NCBI GenBank assembly: GCA_000002445.1
Contig: CP000069.1
Location: 864,001 to 928,000, forward strand
From: Trypanosoma brucei
Lineage: Eukaryota
Direction: 5' to 3'
DNA: 64,000 bases
Below the pieces are notes generated by a model. That model was not told the origin of the DNA, ran no database searches, and saw only the letters and a list, made by a program, of their open reading frames with translations. This document shows, one piece after another, positions 31,766 through 40,934 of this stretch (its first letter is position 1; every line of letters begins with the position of its first letter). The translations under genes and the position numbers were made by a program.

Positions 31766-33643
31766 ATGACGCACGGTAGTAATAATGATTCTACCAAGAT
31801 TTCCTCGTGGTTGCAAAAGAAAGCGGAATGGCGCTTTGCCTGGGATCGTCGTTTCGTGGTACTTGAGGGGCTGCGGCTGTCGTATCGAATAGAAGAAAAT
31901 GGGCCCGTGAAGAAATGTGGCATTATCGCATCACTTCTTCGTCAGGTTGATTCTAACAACTCACATGCATTTCGTGTATGGCTGAAGGATGGTGAATGTT
32001 GGACTCTGCGGGCTGAGAGCAGTGAAGTACACCAAATGTGGGTTGACGAAATTACTCATGTGCTTGAGAGGGAGGCGTTGTTTGACGCAAAAAATACACG
32101 TAAAGGTATGGTACTAAAACAAGGACTGTGGACGGGCAAGTGGAGGCAGCGATTCGTGGAACTTGAGGGGTGCCGAATTGCGTATCGTGAAAAGAAAGAG
32201 GGTCCGGTACGGCACCGCTATGAAATCGTTTCAGCAGACGTTCGAAGAGGTGAGGAGAGCAAAGGGGACGAACTGTTAGTAACAACAGAAGGGGGTAATT
32301 CGTTCTGGCTCAAGTTTACAACGCCCGAGCAGTGTGAAGATTGGATGTGTACTATGTTGCGTGGGGTGAGGCGTTCCTTGCCGTGGCATTGGTTGCCGGT
32401 GATACCTCTACGGCATCCTCTCCATTGTGAAATTGGGCTACAATTTCATGCCGCTTCCAGCACTACAAGAGGTGGTTCGACTGTGTACTGCTACGGCGGA
32501 TCCCCCACCTCGGCACTCTTTCGTTATCTTCCCTCTAATGATTTATTTGTACCATTAGTTCAACGAGGAACAGTTGTGCGTAATCTCGTGTCTATCCGAC
32601 TATCTGCACAGCATCCTATTAGTTTTGTTGACGCCTTGCCGTACGAGGAAAGCGCGCATGCTAAACTCCGTCCACCTCCCTTGCTTGGTGCTGCCATGTG
32701 CACCCTCAGGGGTGTCCGTTCCTCTCCACAAGCTGCAGCATCATATACCGATGATTTTAATACAAGCGCCGGTTCTTCTGCCGTTGTGAATGGGAACTCG
32801 TGCACAAATTTGGTCGATTGCCTTGTTTTGGTAGGTGGTCGTGGAGATTCAGGTATAATACGTGATGCCACAACAGAGGTGTGGTGGTGCGTTTTCAGTG
32901 AAACACGTGGACAGTGGACTCGCTGTGCTGTGGAGAAGTCTGTGCTCCCTAATCGCACGTTCCACACACTAAGTGCCATTAGCCCAAAGGAGGCGATTCT
33001 TGTTGGTGGTGTCGATGAGAACAATCAGCCATGCTCCGAGTGCTTTTCACTGTCTTGGTCCAATGAGATCGACGATGCGGATATTTGCTTCTCTTTCCCA
33101 CCCACAATAACAGCTGTGACCCCTCTTCCATATCCCCTCGCTCTCCACGCAGCGGTGGTAATGAAGGATGGTTCGCTGCTTGTTGTGGGAGGCGGAGATA
33201 CGAGTCGAGGATCACAACCAACCTCTAGTCATTTTTTTCGTTTGGCTGACGTTGGTGGATCGTGGGAACGAGTAACATTAGAACCCCCGCTACCATCCAT
33301 GTACAATATCACCGCCGCGGCGGCTGTTATCGAAGATAAAGAATATGTGCTTGTTTTGGGGGAGCCCCGAAATGCGCGGCGAGTGCCCACGTTGTACAGG
33401 GTAATATTTAAAGACTACACAAAAGGAACTGTGGACGAGATACCATTTGTTAATGAGTTTAAGCCCCAGTGTAGCTATGGAGCGTCAATGCATATATCGG
33501 ATGGCTATTTGTATATTATTGGTGGAAGGGTGTGTGGTCCTGTGGAAAACGACTACGAATCGGGGCTGCCGATGAACGAACCGATTAGGGCAGTGATTGG
33601 CGTTAGGGAGGATCCTGCTAATTATGACGAAAGAGCAGAATAG
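31766..33643 (+). CDS. Tandem PH-domain protein with a C-terminal Kelch-type beta-propeller
   Basis: The track ORF opens inside a (TA)n tract at TTG 31691; the first ATG is at 31766. Two PH-like modules are seen (WLQKK..WRFAWDRRFVVLEG...HQMWVDEI, and LWTGKWRQRFVELEG...CEDWMCTML). Repeated LxxxGG blades follow (LVLVGGRGDSG, ILVGGVDENNQP, LLVVGGGDTSRG, YIIGGRV). Confidence 0.6.
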   Translation: MTHGSNNDSTKISSWLQKKAEWRFAWDRRFVVLEGLRLSYRIEENGPVKKCGIIASLLRQVDSNNSHAFRVWLKDGECWTLRAESSEVHQMWVDEITHVLEREALFDAKNTRKGMVLKQGLWTGKWRQRFVELEGCRIAYREKKEGPVRHRYEIVSADVRRGEESKGDELLVTTEGGNSFWLKFTTPEQCEDWMCTMLRGVRRSLPWHWLPVIPLRHPLHCEIGLQFHAASSTTRGGSTVYCYGGSPTSALFRYLPSNDLFVPLVQRGTVVRNLVSIRLSAQHPISFVDALPYEESAHAKLRPPPLLGAAMCTLRGVRSSPQAAASYTDDFNTSAGSSAVVNGNSCTNLVDCLVLVGGRGDSGIIRDATTEVWWCVFSETRGQWTRCAVEKSVLPNRTFHTLSAISPKEAILVGGVDENNQPCSECFSLSWSNEIDDADICFSFPPTITAVTPLPYPLALHAAVVMKDGSLLVVGGGDTSRGSQPTSSHFFRLADVGGSWERVTLEPPLPSMYNITAAAAVIEDKEYVLVLGEPRNARRVPTLYRVIFKDYTKGTVDEIPFVNEFKPQCSYGASMHISDGYLYIIGGRVCGPVENDYESGLPMNEPIRAVIGVREDPANYDERAE

Positions 33644-34727
33644 ATTTTTTTGTCTGTTTTCACAAAACAGAACATGAGGACAGTAAGCATGTAGCCACAC
33701 TACGAAAAAGAAAAAGAGGAGGGGCATCGTACGGAACTATTACATCAGCAAATACATCCGTGTCAACGCACGTGCCAATGCGCTGCTTGCACCAGTAGCG
33801 GTGAGAGATGCTTTAACCATCGTACTCACTGCATTTGTCTTGGTGTGAGAATTCAGTATAATAGAACCCGTGAAATCGTGTAGTGTTGTAAGAGTATTGG
33901 CTGCCGACGCTCGGTGTTCTTTTTCTCTTTTAAATGTTGTATTTATCTCTGCCACCCAGCTGGCACACGTTCGTTCATTGCTTTCCCATCCTTTTATTAT
34001 TATTGTTGTTGGCGGTGCTGCAACCACTTCTTCGTATTATCGCCGTGGCGCGCGCCGCTACTTTATGCAGTGATGGCCGTTTTCTCGTTTCTTTCATTTC
34101 TAAAAACTTTGAACGGCGCTTTCCTCGTCGACGCTTTACATGTCAGCGGTTCATGAAAGCAAATAGTGGCTAGAGAGCTACTGTTGATGCCGAGTTGCTA
34201 AATACCTTGAATAATGGTTTCCTTTGATTTCACTAATGATTTGGCGCCGCTTCTCCCCCTTTTGATATAAATATTGAATATTGTTGCTGTTTTTTTTTTT
34301 TTTATGTGTGTTTGCCTCTCGCTTCATTTTACCACCTGTATCAGAGGTGGAAACACTTCCGCATCTGAAGTGCTGAAGCAATAGCCGTGCTGAGCGAGAA
34401 AGGTAAAAAAGAACGATTGGCGTGACATGATGGATGTACAGGTCTGTTGTGCATCCACAAATATGCATGTTGTAACTCATATGGTATGGAGATCGATGGG
34501 AATCGGTGTTTAGTCAAAATTGAACATTTTCATGAGGGATGTGCTCGGAAGAAATTTCGTTTTTGTTCTCAATCACCTATTTTCCCTCATCTTTTTTTTT
34601 GGTATCGATGAGCAGTATATTCATGCATTTCATCGAATGAATAGAAACGCTGTCTCTTTACTTGGTTGTTATAAATTTCTCTTTCTTACAACTGTCTCCG
34701 GCTCTCAGAAGTTATCCACCCATGTGT

Positions 34728-34826
34728 CCTTTTTTTTTTGTAGTTCATTCGGGGCGTGTCCGATCTCTCCACTTTCTTTTGGTGTTTCTATTTTTTTTTT
34801 CTTTCTTACTCTACATCTCCACTCAC
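34728..34826 (+). promoter_or_regulatory. Long polypyrimidine tract upstream of the hypothetical gene at 34968
   Basis: A ~100-nt run dominated by T/C, including T10 and T11 homopolymers, read directly. Confidence 0.5.
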
Positions 34827-34967
34827 GGGTCTAAACTTGTACTCAGGGGCACATTCGTATATATATATATTAATATATAGCAAGTACGAGTATCTACGTA
34901 CAAAGGATATATTTAGTCTGTAAAGCTTTGTTGCCTCGCGTACGTAATTGCCTGTACGGCGTACCCA

Positions 34968-35834
34968 ATGCAACCAAGAAAAACGGTTAAAAAAGTAGAT
35001 GTGGAGCCATCACCTGAGGAGGATGCGGAGCTTCTTCCCCATTTGAAGGTATCAGCGAAGTGGTCGGAACGTGCTGCGAACAATGGTAAGAGCTTAAGTC
35101 AGGTGCAATTTCTACTCGGAGCCCTTGGGAAACAATTAGAGGATTGCAATAAGGAACTTGCATCCGTGTACGCAAACGCTGATTTGCTGTCATCACTGCG
35201 TATAACCGAGTACCGGCAGCGTAACACACCTGGTGGGTTGCTTACACCTACACGGAAGGCGCGGACGAAGCGTAACGCATCAACACGTCCAGTGGCGCGG
35301 CAGCAACTGGACGAAAACAGTACGGAAGCACTGATTGCTGCCATGGATGAAAAGAAACGCGCAAGGGTTACAGCTGCACTCATTGCGTTTTTTAAACGGG
35401 ATATGCAAGAGCAAAATAGTCCCGCTTACCAAAACGCTAGCACACCTGTACCTCAGGGTGCGAACCATTCGTCCACGCGCACGTCGCAAACGTTGGGTCG
35501 CATTCCCTCCGCTAATTCCCACACTATGTTATGTGAATCAAACAAAGGTAATCAACCGTCTTGTTCAAATGGGAACGAGTTACCCACTCTTTTGTCTGAG
35601 ACTCAGCAGCAACAGCTTCGGCGGCACCGCGATATACCACCGGAATTGTGGGATGAGATGGCGAAGTTACGACTTAGACGACTCAGCTTAGAAGAGAAAA
35701 TCGGGAGTCTACTCAGTAACATCAACGCGCAAACGGAGCGGTTTGGTTTACTGATGGAGGTCCAAGGGGTTAATTCCTATTCCACGGAAAGTGTGAATCG
35801 CGCGATTGAAATGATACGCCAGAAACGAGCTTGA
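34968..35834 (+). CDS. Hypothetical protein
   Basis: ATG verified. A long polypyrimidine tract lies upstream at 34728-34826. 288-aa ORF with no motif recognised. Confidence 0.5.
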   Translation: MQPRKTVKKVDVEPSPEEDAELLPHLKVSAKWSERAANNGKSLSQVQFLLGALGKQLEDCNKELASVYANADLLSSLRITEYRQRNTPGGLLTPTRKARTKRNASTRPVARQQLDENSTEALIAAMDEKKRARVTAALIAFFKRDMQEQNSPAYQNASTPVPQGANHSSTRTSQTLGRIPSANSHTMLCESNKGNQPSCSNGNELPTLLSETQQQQLRRHRDIPPELWDEMAKLRLRRLSLEEKIGSLLSNINAQTERFGLLMEVQGVNSYSTESVNRAIEMIRQKRA

Positions 35835-36272
35835 ACACTCATTCTTCTCTATATGTTTCGTACTGTTACGCTTTTGCATATGTTTTTACCTTTTCACAAC
35901 GATAATAAAGAAAAAAAAAGTAAAAGGCCATGATGCGAGATAACTTTAGTGAATTGAAGTTGCTGGCTTGTGGACTCATTATGTAGTATGGCAAAATGTT
36001 TTTCTGCACAACTTTATTGAGTTATTGCCAGCATATATACACACTCCGCGAATAGCCCTTCCCTTGTTAAAGATGTTGATTCAAAAGTTAACATTTTTCC
36101 TCCACCGAAAATAAAAAGATCATAATATCAGTTTTCCATGGAAATAGGTTATTTCTTCGATATCGTTATCCCCAATTTTTATTGAATGACTTCTCTTCTT
36201 TTTTTCTTTTGGTGGCTTCTGTGATGACACCAGTTCATCATTCTATCAAATTCCTTTCGATCATTTTAGTTA

Positions 36273-38759
36273 ATGAGCTGGAAATATTCGAATCAGGAGA
36301 AGTTATTTTTGCTTCGCAAATGGCCCGAGCTACTGGAAGACGCCATTAACGTTGATGGGGAACTCAGTCTTCCGAAAGATGAAGTCGGTGGGGCTGGAAG
36401 ACAGGCCGATGCAGCGAAAAACAGTTTCAACTTTAGTCCAACATTTCGGCTTCCATTCAAGGCTTGGGAGGCAATTTTCACGCTACTAGACAATATCGCA
36501 CCCACAGACCTGCCGTCTCAACTGTGTGAGGAGCTTCACTCCGTTTACGGTGTTAATCCACTCATCGCACTTATGGTACATTCGTGTTGTTGGTTTGACA
36601 AAGGCATTGATGACAAAGTTTTCAGTGATCAGCTGTCCAGCTTAAGCGGAGTCACGAAGGAACTTCAACTTCAGTCGCAAAATTACAGTATGCCAAGTGA
36701 TCAAAAGGGAGCGCTGGATGCGGCGACCGTCGCGACAGGTATCCTAATCGATGTGCTTTCCTTGAGGAAGCGGTGGGATGAGGGATCTGAGGGCACTGAA
36801 CGAGGCGTAGAGGAAGCAATTAATAGCCTTATTGAGTGGAGTGCTCCGAAGAGACCTGTAATTGAACTTGCGCGTGCGCTCATTGTAGGAGTTGTTGCGT
36901 ATGCCTACGTTAAACCTCAATTTGCTGCCGCTGCAACCAACTTACTGAGAAAAGCGCAAACGTCTGTGAATGAATCCATGGTCGAATGCACTAGGTCCCG
37001 CAGCGGCCGTAGCACCGAAGCTGTTTCTCCCTACAACATAACTGATTGGCGTGTCGTAAAATGTCTCGAGACGGAACTGGTGCTTAGGCAAAAACACCAA
37101 GATATCAGTGACTTTCTCAGTGCGACAAATCGTTGGTGGTTAACGTTACCAGAAACGAATCCTTTTAAAGAGAAAAAAGGTTCTCGCACGGTGAGCGCTG
37201 AGGAACGCTGGCATGCTGTGCGTTCCAGGTATGTTGGGCAGCAACATGTTTGGTCGTCACTGATTGAACATTTCCTTAGTATTGGTGTAGTGGAAGCGGT
37301 TAAACCCACTGTCATTGTTCTCTTTGGGCCGTCGGGCTACGGGAAGTCTGAAATGGCACGGCTCATTGCGTGCGCGCTTCATAAGTGTACCCCTAGCGAG
37401 GCTGAGACGGAGGGCCATTTGGTACACATTCACTTACCGTCGTTTTGTACGCGAGACTCCATCTACTCGCTAGTTGATCCACCTGCAGCTCACATAGGTG
37501 AGGGAATACTCCTTTCAGCACTGCGTAGGAATAAGGAGGCAGTTGTGGTACTTGACGAATTCGAGAAGGGGAGTGCAGAGGCAATTCAGAACTTGTGGTT
37601 ATCCGCCTTTCAAAAACATGGCACGTTGCGGTCCTTGAAGGATGCGGCACGATCTATTTCAACAGAGCGGGTTACCTTTGTACTAACTTGTAACATAGCC
37701 GCTGATGTTATTGCTTCCGATGAGGAGCGCTATTTGAAAGCCTCCAATGAAAAGGAACGGGCGGCGATGCGCGCAGAGTGGACAAAGATATGCATGGATG
37801 TGTGTCGTAAAACGATGCATGATCCGTTTGTCAATCGAGTTGACTACTTCTTTCCCTTCGTGCCGTACACAGTGGAAGAGAAGCAGCAGTTTGTGAAACT
37901 TCAACTCTCCCGCATCATTGAAGATCAGCGAGTGAAAGGGGTGCACATGTATATTGCACCACAGTTGGTCAGGGTGCTTGCCGATCAATTGCAAACGTTT
38001 CACTCGTCGAATATTGAAGGGATATTGAGGCCGTTGTTAATGAAGATATATCAGAAGAAGTGGAAAAAGGCGGTCATCACAGTTGAAGAGAGGATAAACT
38101 GTCATTCGTATGTTGTTATCCCTGCTTCTGACTCGGAAGGGGGAGAAATACCGTGGACCTCAATGCCAGGTGGCGCGAGCTCGTTGGAACATTATGATGG
38201 CCCGGAAAGAACTGGAAATCATTCAGCCGAGAGGCAACAGCGGCGCACAGTAGAGCAGGAAGCCACCAACAGTATCGAGAGTTCTCGCCGGAGTAGTAAA
38301 ATTGCTTCAAACTCACGCGGAAATTCACGTTCAGCAAACCACACCCGAACGTCACAGGTGGCACAGTCTGCGGACTGCGCCATGCTTCTAGAAACGGACG
38401 TTGAGCGGGAACTGAGACTAGAGTTGGAAAAGGCTACAGAGCTGCTACTGGAGAAAGACAAGGAAATTGAGTGTCTGAAACATAAAGTTCTTCTGTTAGA
38501 AAGAATTGTGGCAGTGCTATTGGCAACCACACTATGTTTTATGCTTCTTCTCTCCATGATTATAGGTACAAAAATGGTTCTTATCTTGGCTGTTGCTCTA
38601 ACGGGTTTCATGTCCCTACTCGTTGGAATGCCCTTGAAGCTCTTAATAGGTGCTTTAAGAACCCTTTATAGTGTTCTCGGCCCCATGGGTTCTGCAATCG
38701 CATTTGGTATTATGTCACTGTGGTTGTCGAATGCTGTTCGCAGTGTAGCAACCTGTTGA
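36273..38759 (+). CDS. ClpB-D2/torsin-like (AAA_2-type) AAA+ ATPase with C-terminal coiled coil and multi-pass membrane anchor
   Basis: ATG verified. Walker A VIVLFGPSGYGKSEMARLIA, Walker B VVVLDEFEKGSAEAIQNLWLSAF, and sensor region HGTLRSL...RVTFVLTCN parallel ClpB D2 ([29 protein letters not shown]...NTVIIMTSN). A coiled coil (ERELRLELEKATELLLEKDKEIECLKHKVLLLE) is followed by three predicted TM helices at the extreme C-terminus. Confidence 0.65.
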   Translation: MSWKYSNQEKLFLLRKWPELLEDAINVDGELSLPKDEVGGAGRQADAAKNSFNFSPTFRLPFKAWEAIFTLLDNIAPTDLPSQLCEELHSVYGVNPLIALMVHSCCWFDKGIDDKVFSDQLSSLSGVTKELQLQSQNYSMPSDQKGALDAATVATGILIDVLSLRKRWDEGSEGTERGVEEAINSLIEWSAPKRPVIELARALIVGVVAYAYVKPQFAAAATNLLRKAQTSVNESMVECTRSRSGRSTEAVSPYNITDWRVVKCLETELVLRQKHQDISDFLSATNRWWLTLPETNPFKEKKGSRTVSAEERWHAVRSRYVGQQHVWSSLIEHFLSIGVVEAVKPTVIVLFGPSGYGKSEMARLIACALHKCTPSEAETEGHLVHIHLPSFCTRDSIYSLVDPPAAHIGEGILLSALRRNKEAVVVLDEFEKGSAEAIQNLWLSAFQKHGTLRSLKDAARSISTERVTFVLTCNIAADVIASDEERYLKASNEKERAAMRAEWTKICMDVCRKTMHDPFVNRVDYFFPFVPYTVEEKQQFVKLQLSRIIEDQRVKGVHMYIAPQLVRVLADQLQTFHSSNIEGILRPLLMKIYQKKWKKAVITVEERINCHSYVVIPASDSEGGEIPWTSMPGGASSLEHYDGPERTGNHSAERQQRRTVEQEATNSIESSRRSSKIASNSRGNSRSANHTRTSQVAQSADCAMLLETDVERELRLELEKATELLLEKDKEIECLKHKVLLLERIVAVLLATTLCFMLLLSMIIGTKMVLILAVALTGFMSLLVGMPLKLLIGALRTLYSVLGPMGSAIAFGIMSLWLSNAVRSVATC

Positions 38760-39361
38760 TCGGTGTTCATGTGTTGTTTAGTACTTTTGCTGTTCTCGCT
38801 GTTTTATCAACTGTTCCCTACGTAAGCTCTTCGCGAATCTTTTTTTTTCTTTGTGATTCCTACTTCACTTCCCCGTGCGAGTGTGGGAGGAAGTGGAGTT
38901 TGTTCTACCTTTAGAACGTGTCACTGCGGTGCCTGCTTACATTATACTGCCGCAAAGGAGTATTGCTGGTGCTGTAAATTCAACAACTCAACCGTGCCGT
39001 TCCAGCCTCTCTCCATTTTTTTCAGGAGCAGTTGTGATTGATGGGGGATTATAATCATCTGTATTTTTCGTTGTTATAATTGCTGTTATTGCTGTCATTA
39101 CGGTTCACTGTTTTCAGAAGAAGAGAAACATTTTTTAAAAAAAAAACTTTGCCAATAATAGTGCCTCAACCGGAAAAGGTAGACAAAAAACAAGAGTGAA
39201 ACTGCCGTTAAAATATATCGATTCAGGTGAAACACTTGCCAGTTTTCACTATTGATTCCGCAAACATATAGTAGCGGCATATCAACGATACAAAAACAAA
39301 GAATACAACAACTGTATAGGAAGAAGCACATATTGCTGTGTTCTTTCACCAAACATATAAT

Positions 39362-39383
39362 TATATATATATATATATATATA
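39362..39383. repeat. (TA)11 microsatellite
   Basis: Read directly, upstream of the Rab28 gene. Confidence 0.9.
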
Positions 39384-39516
39384 CCCACAGTGACATAGAT
39401 ATAGAATAAACTAGCCCTTTCTTATATTATTAAACGCTTTTATTTAGTGTTGCAAACTTAACATATTTGTTTGGAGGTAGTACCGCTTCTATTTAGGTGG
39501 CAAGGAGTGGCTAGCA

Positions 39517-40239
39517 ATGAGTAGCGACAGTTCAGACTCAGAAAAAAGGTTACTTGCATATAAAGTTATTGTTGTTGGTGATGGCGCTGTTGGTAAGACA
39601 TCGCTTATCCGCCGTTACTGCGTAGCGGACTATGGCTCCAATTACAAACAAACTATCGGTCTTGATTTCTACTCAAAAGAAGTTCTACTTCCAGGAAAGC
39701 AAGACGTGAAAATGGAAATATGGGACATTGGAGGACAACAAATTGGTGGTACAATGATTGACAACTACATCATGGGGGCCCACGCCATTTTCTTTGTGTA
39801 CGACGTAACAAACAAGGATTCCTTTAAGAATATAGAAGATTGGCATAGTTGTGTGCGCGACTCTTTGGCTAAGCATGCAAGGGAGACAGCGGAAGAAGGT
39901 GCAGCTGCGGTGGAACCACTCATTGTGTTAGTAGGCAACAAGGCAGATCTCCCTAATCGTCAAGTGTCGGATGCGGATCACATGAAGATGGCGGAGATGC
40001 ATCGGATGGAGTCATGTGTCGTGTCCGCCTGCTCAGGGGAGCGCGTCAATGCGCTCTTCACGCAGTTGGCAGCGACTCTAAGCGGCGTGCGCCTTCCTGA
40101 AGATGCGCTAAATTTGGAAGAGCGCGTCGTTGCTAATTTGCAGTTACTGCCCGAGGACTGTGTGGGGCCAGGGGTTTCTGGACCGGGTGGAGGAAAGGAA
40201 TGTGGAAAAAAAAAGAAGGGTAAATGCGCAGTGATGTAG
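39517..40239 (+). CDS. RAB28: Rab28-like small GTPase
   Basis: ATG verified. G1 GDGAVGKTS; a G3 with WDIGGQ (in place of WDTAGQ) and QQIGGTMIDNYIMGAHAIFFVYDVTN, both Rab28 hallmarks; G4 GNKADL; C-terminal CaaX box CAVM (Rab28 is farnesylated via CAVQ-type boxes). Confidence 0.75.
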   Translation: MSSDSSDSEKRLLAYKVIVVGDGAVGKTSLIRRYCVADYGSNYKQTIGLDFYSKEVLLPGKQDVKMEIWDIGGQQIGGTMIDNYIMGAHAIFFVYDVTNKDSFKNIEDWHSCVRDSLAKHARETAEEGAAAVEPLIVLVGNKADLPNRQVSDADHMKMAEMHRMESCVVSACSGERVNALFTQLAATLSGVRLPEDALNLEERVVANLQLLPEDCVGPGVSGPGGGKECGKKKKGKCAVM

Positions 40240-40934
40240 TGGTAGCGACAAGAAAATTTCCGCCTTTACCTGTTTGTTGTCTTTTTAAAATATTCTTACT
40301 CATTGTTTGCGTTCACACATGAGAATAACTACCTTTTATTATTGTTGTTATTGTTCCTACCCACCAATGTCACGCAGTAGGTGTTTTATGCGGGCTTGTT
40401 CCCCTTTTGCTTCTTTCCCCCTGCTTCTGTTCCTTCTTCGCACCGTATCCTCTTTCCATTTTTTCCTCTACTTTACTGGCGACGTGGAGTATGATTGGAA
40501 GAGGTAAACTTCATGGATTCGAATTTTGTTCCGTATGGAATGCGCGTCGACTCCCTCTGTTAGCAAACTTGGGTGTGACGCGTATGTCCCAGAATGTTTT
40601 TCTATTTATGCTACGGCAATGGGGAATATATCTTCTTTTTAAAATATCTTATATTCCTTTGTGACGTGTATGGTACACATATATTTTTTAATAGGTTTAT
40701 ATACTTATTTTTGTTTCTGAAGAATTGCTCCATTCGTTCGTTGTAACACTGATCTGTTGTTGGTTTATATATCTTTGGATTTTATTAATATGTTGTTTTC
40801 GTTTACTGTCCTGACTTACATTGTTTGCACTCGGTGCGCTAGTAAAGAAGAATTACAGGTAGAGGTTATCGTAGTTGTTGGGAGATTTTTTTTTTTTTGA
40901 CTTAGTAGGGATTCGTATTTCATATAACCATCAG

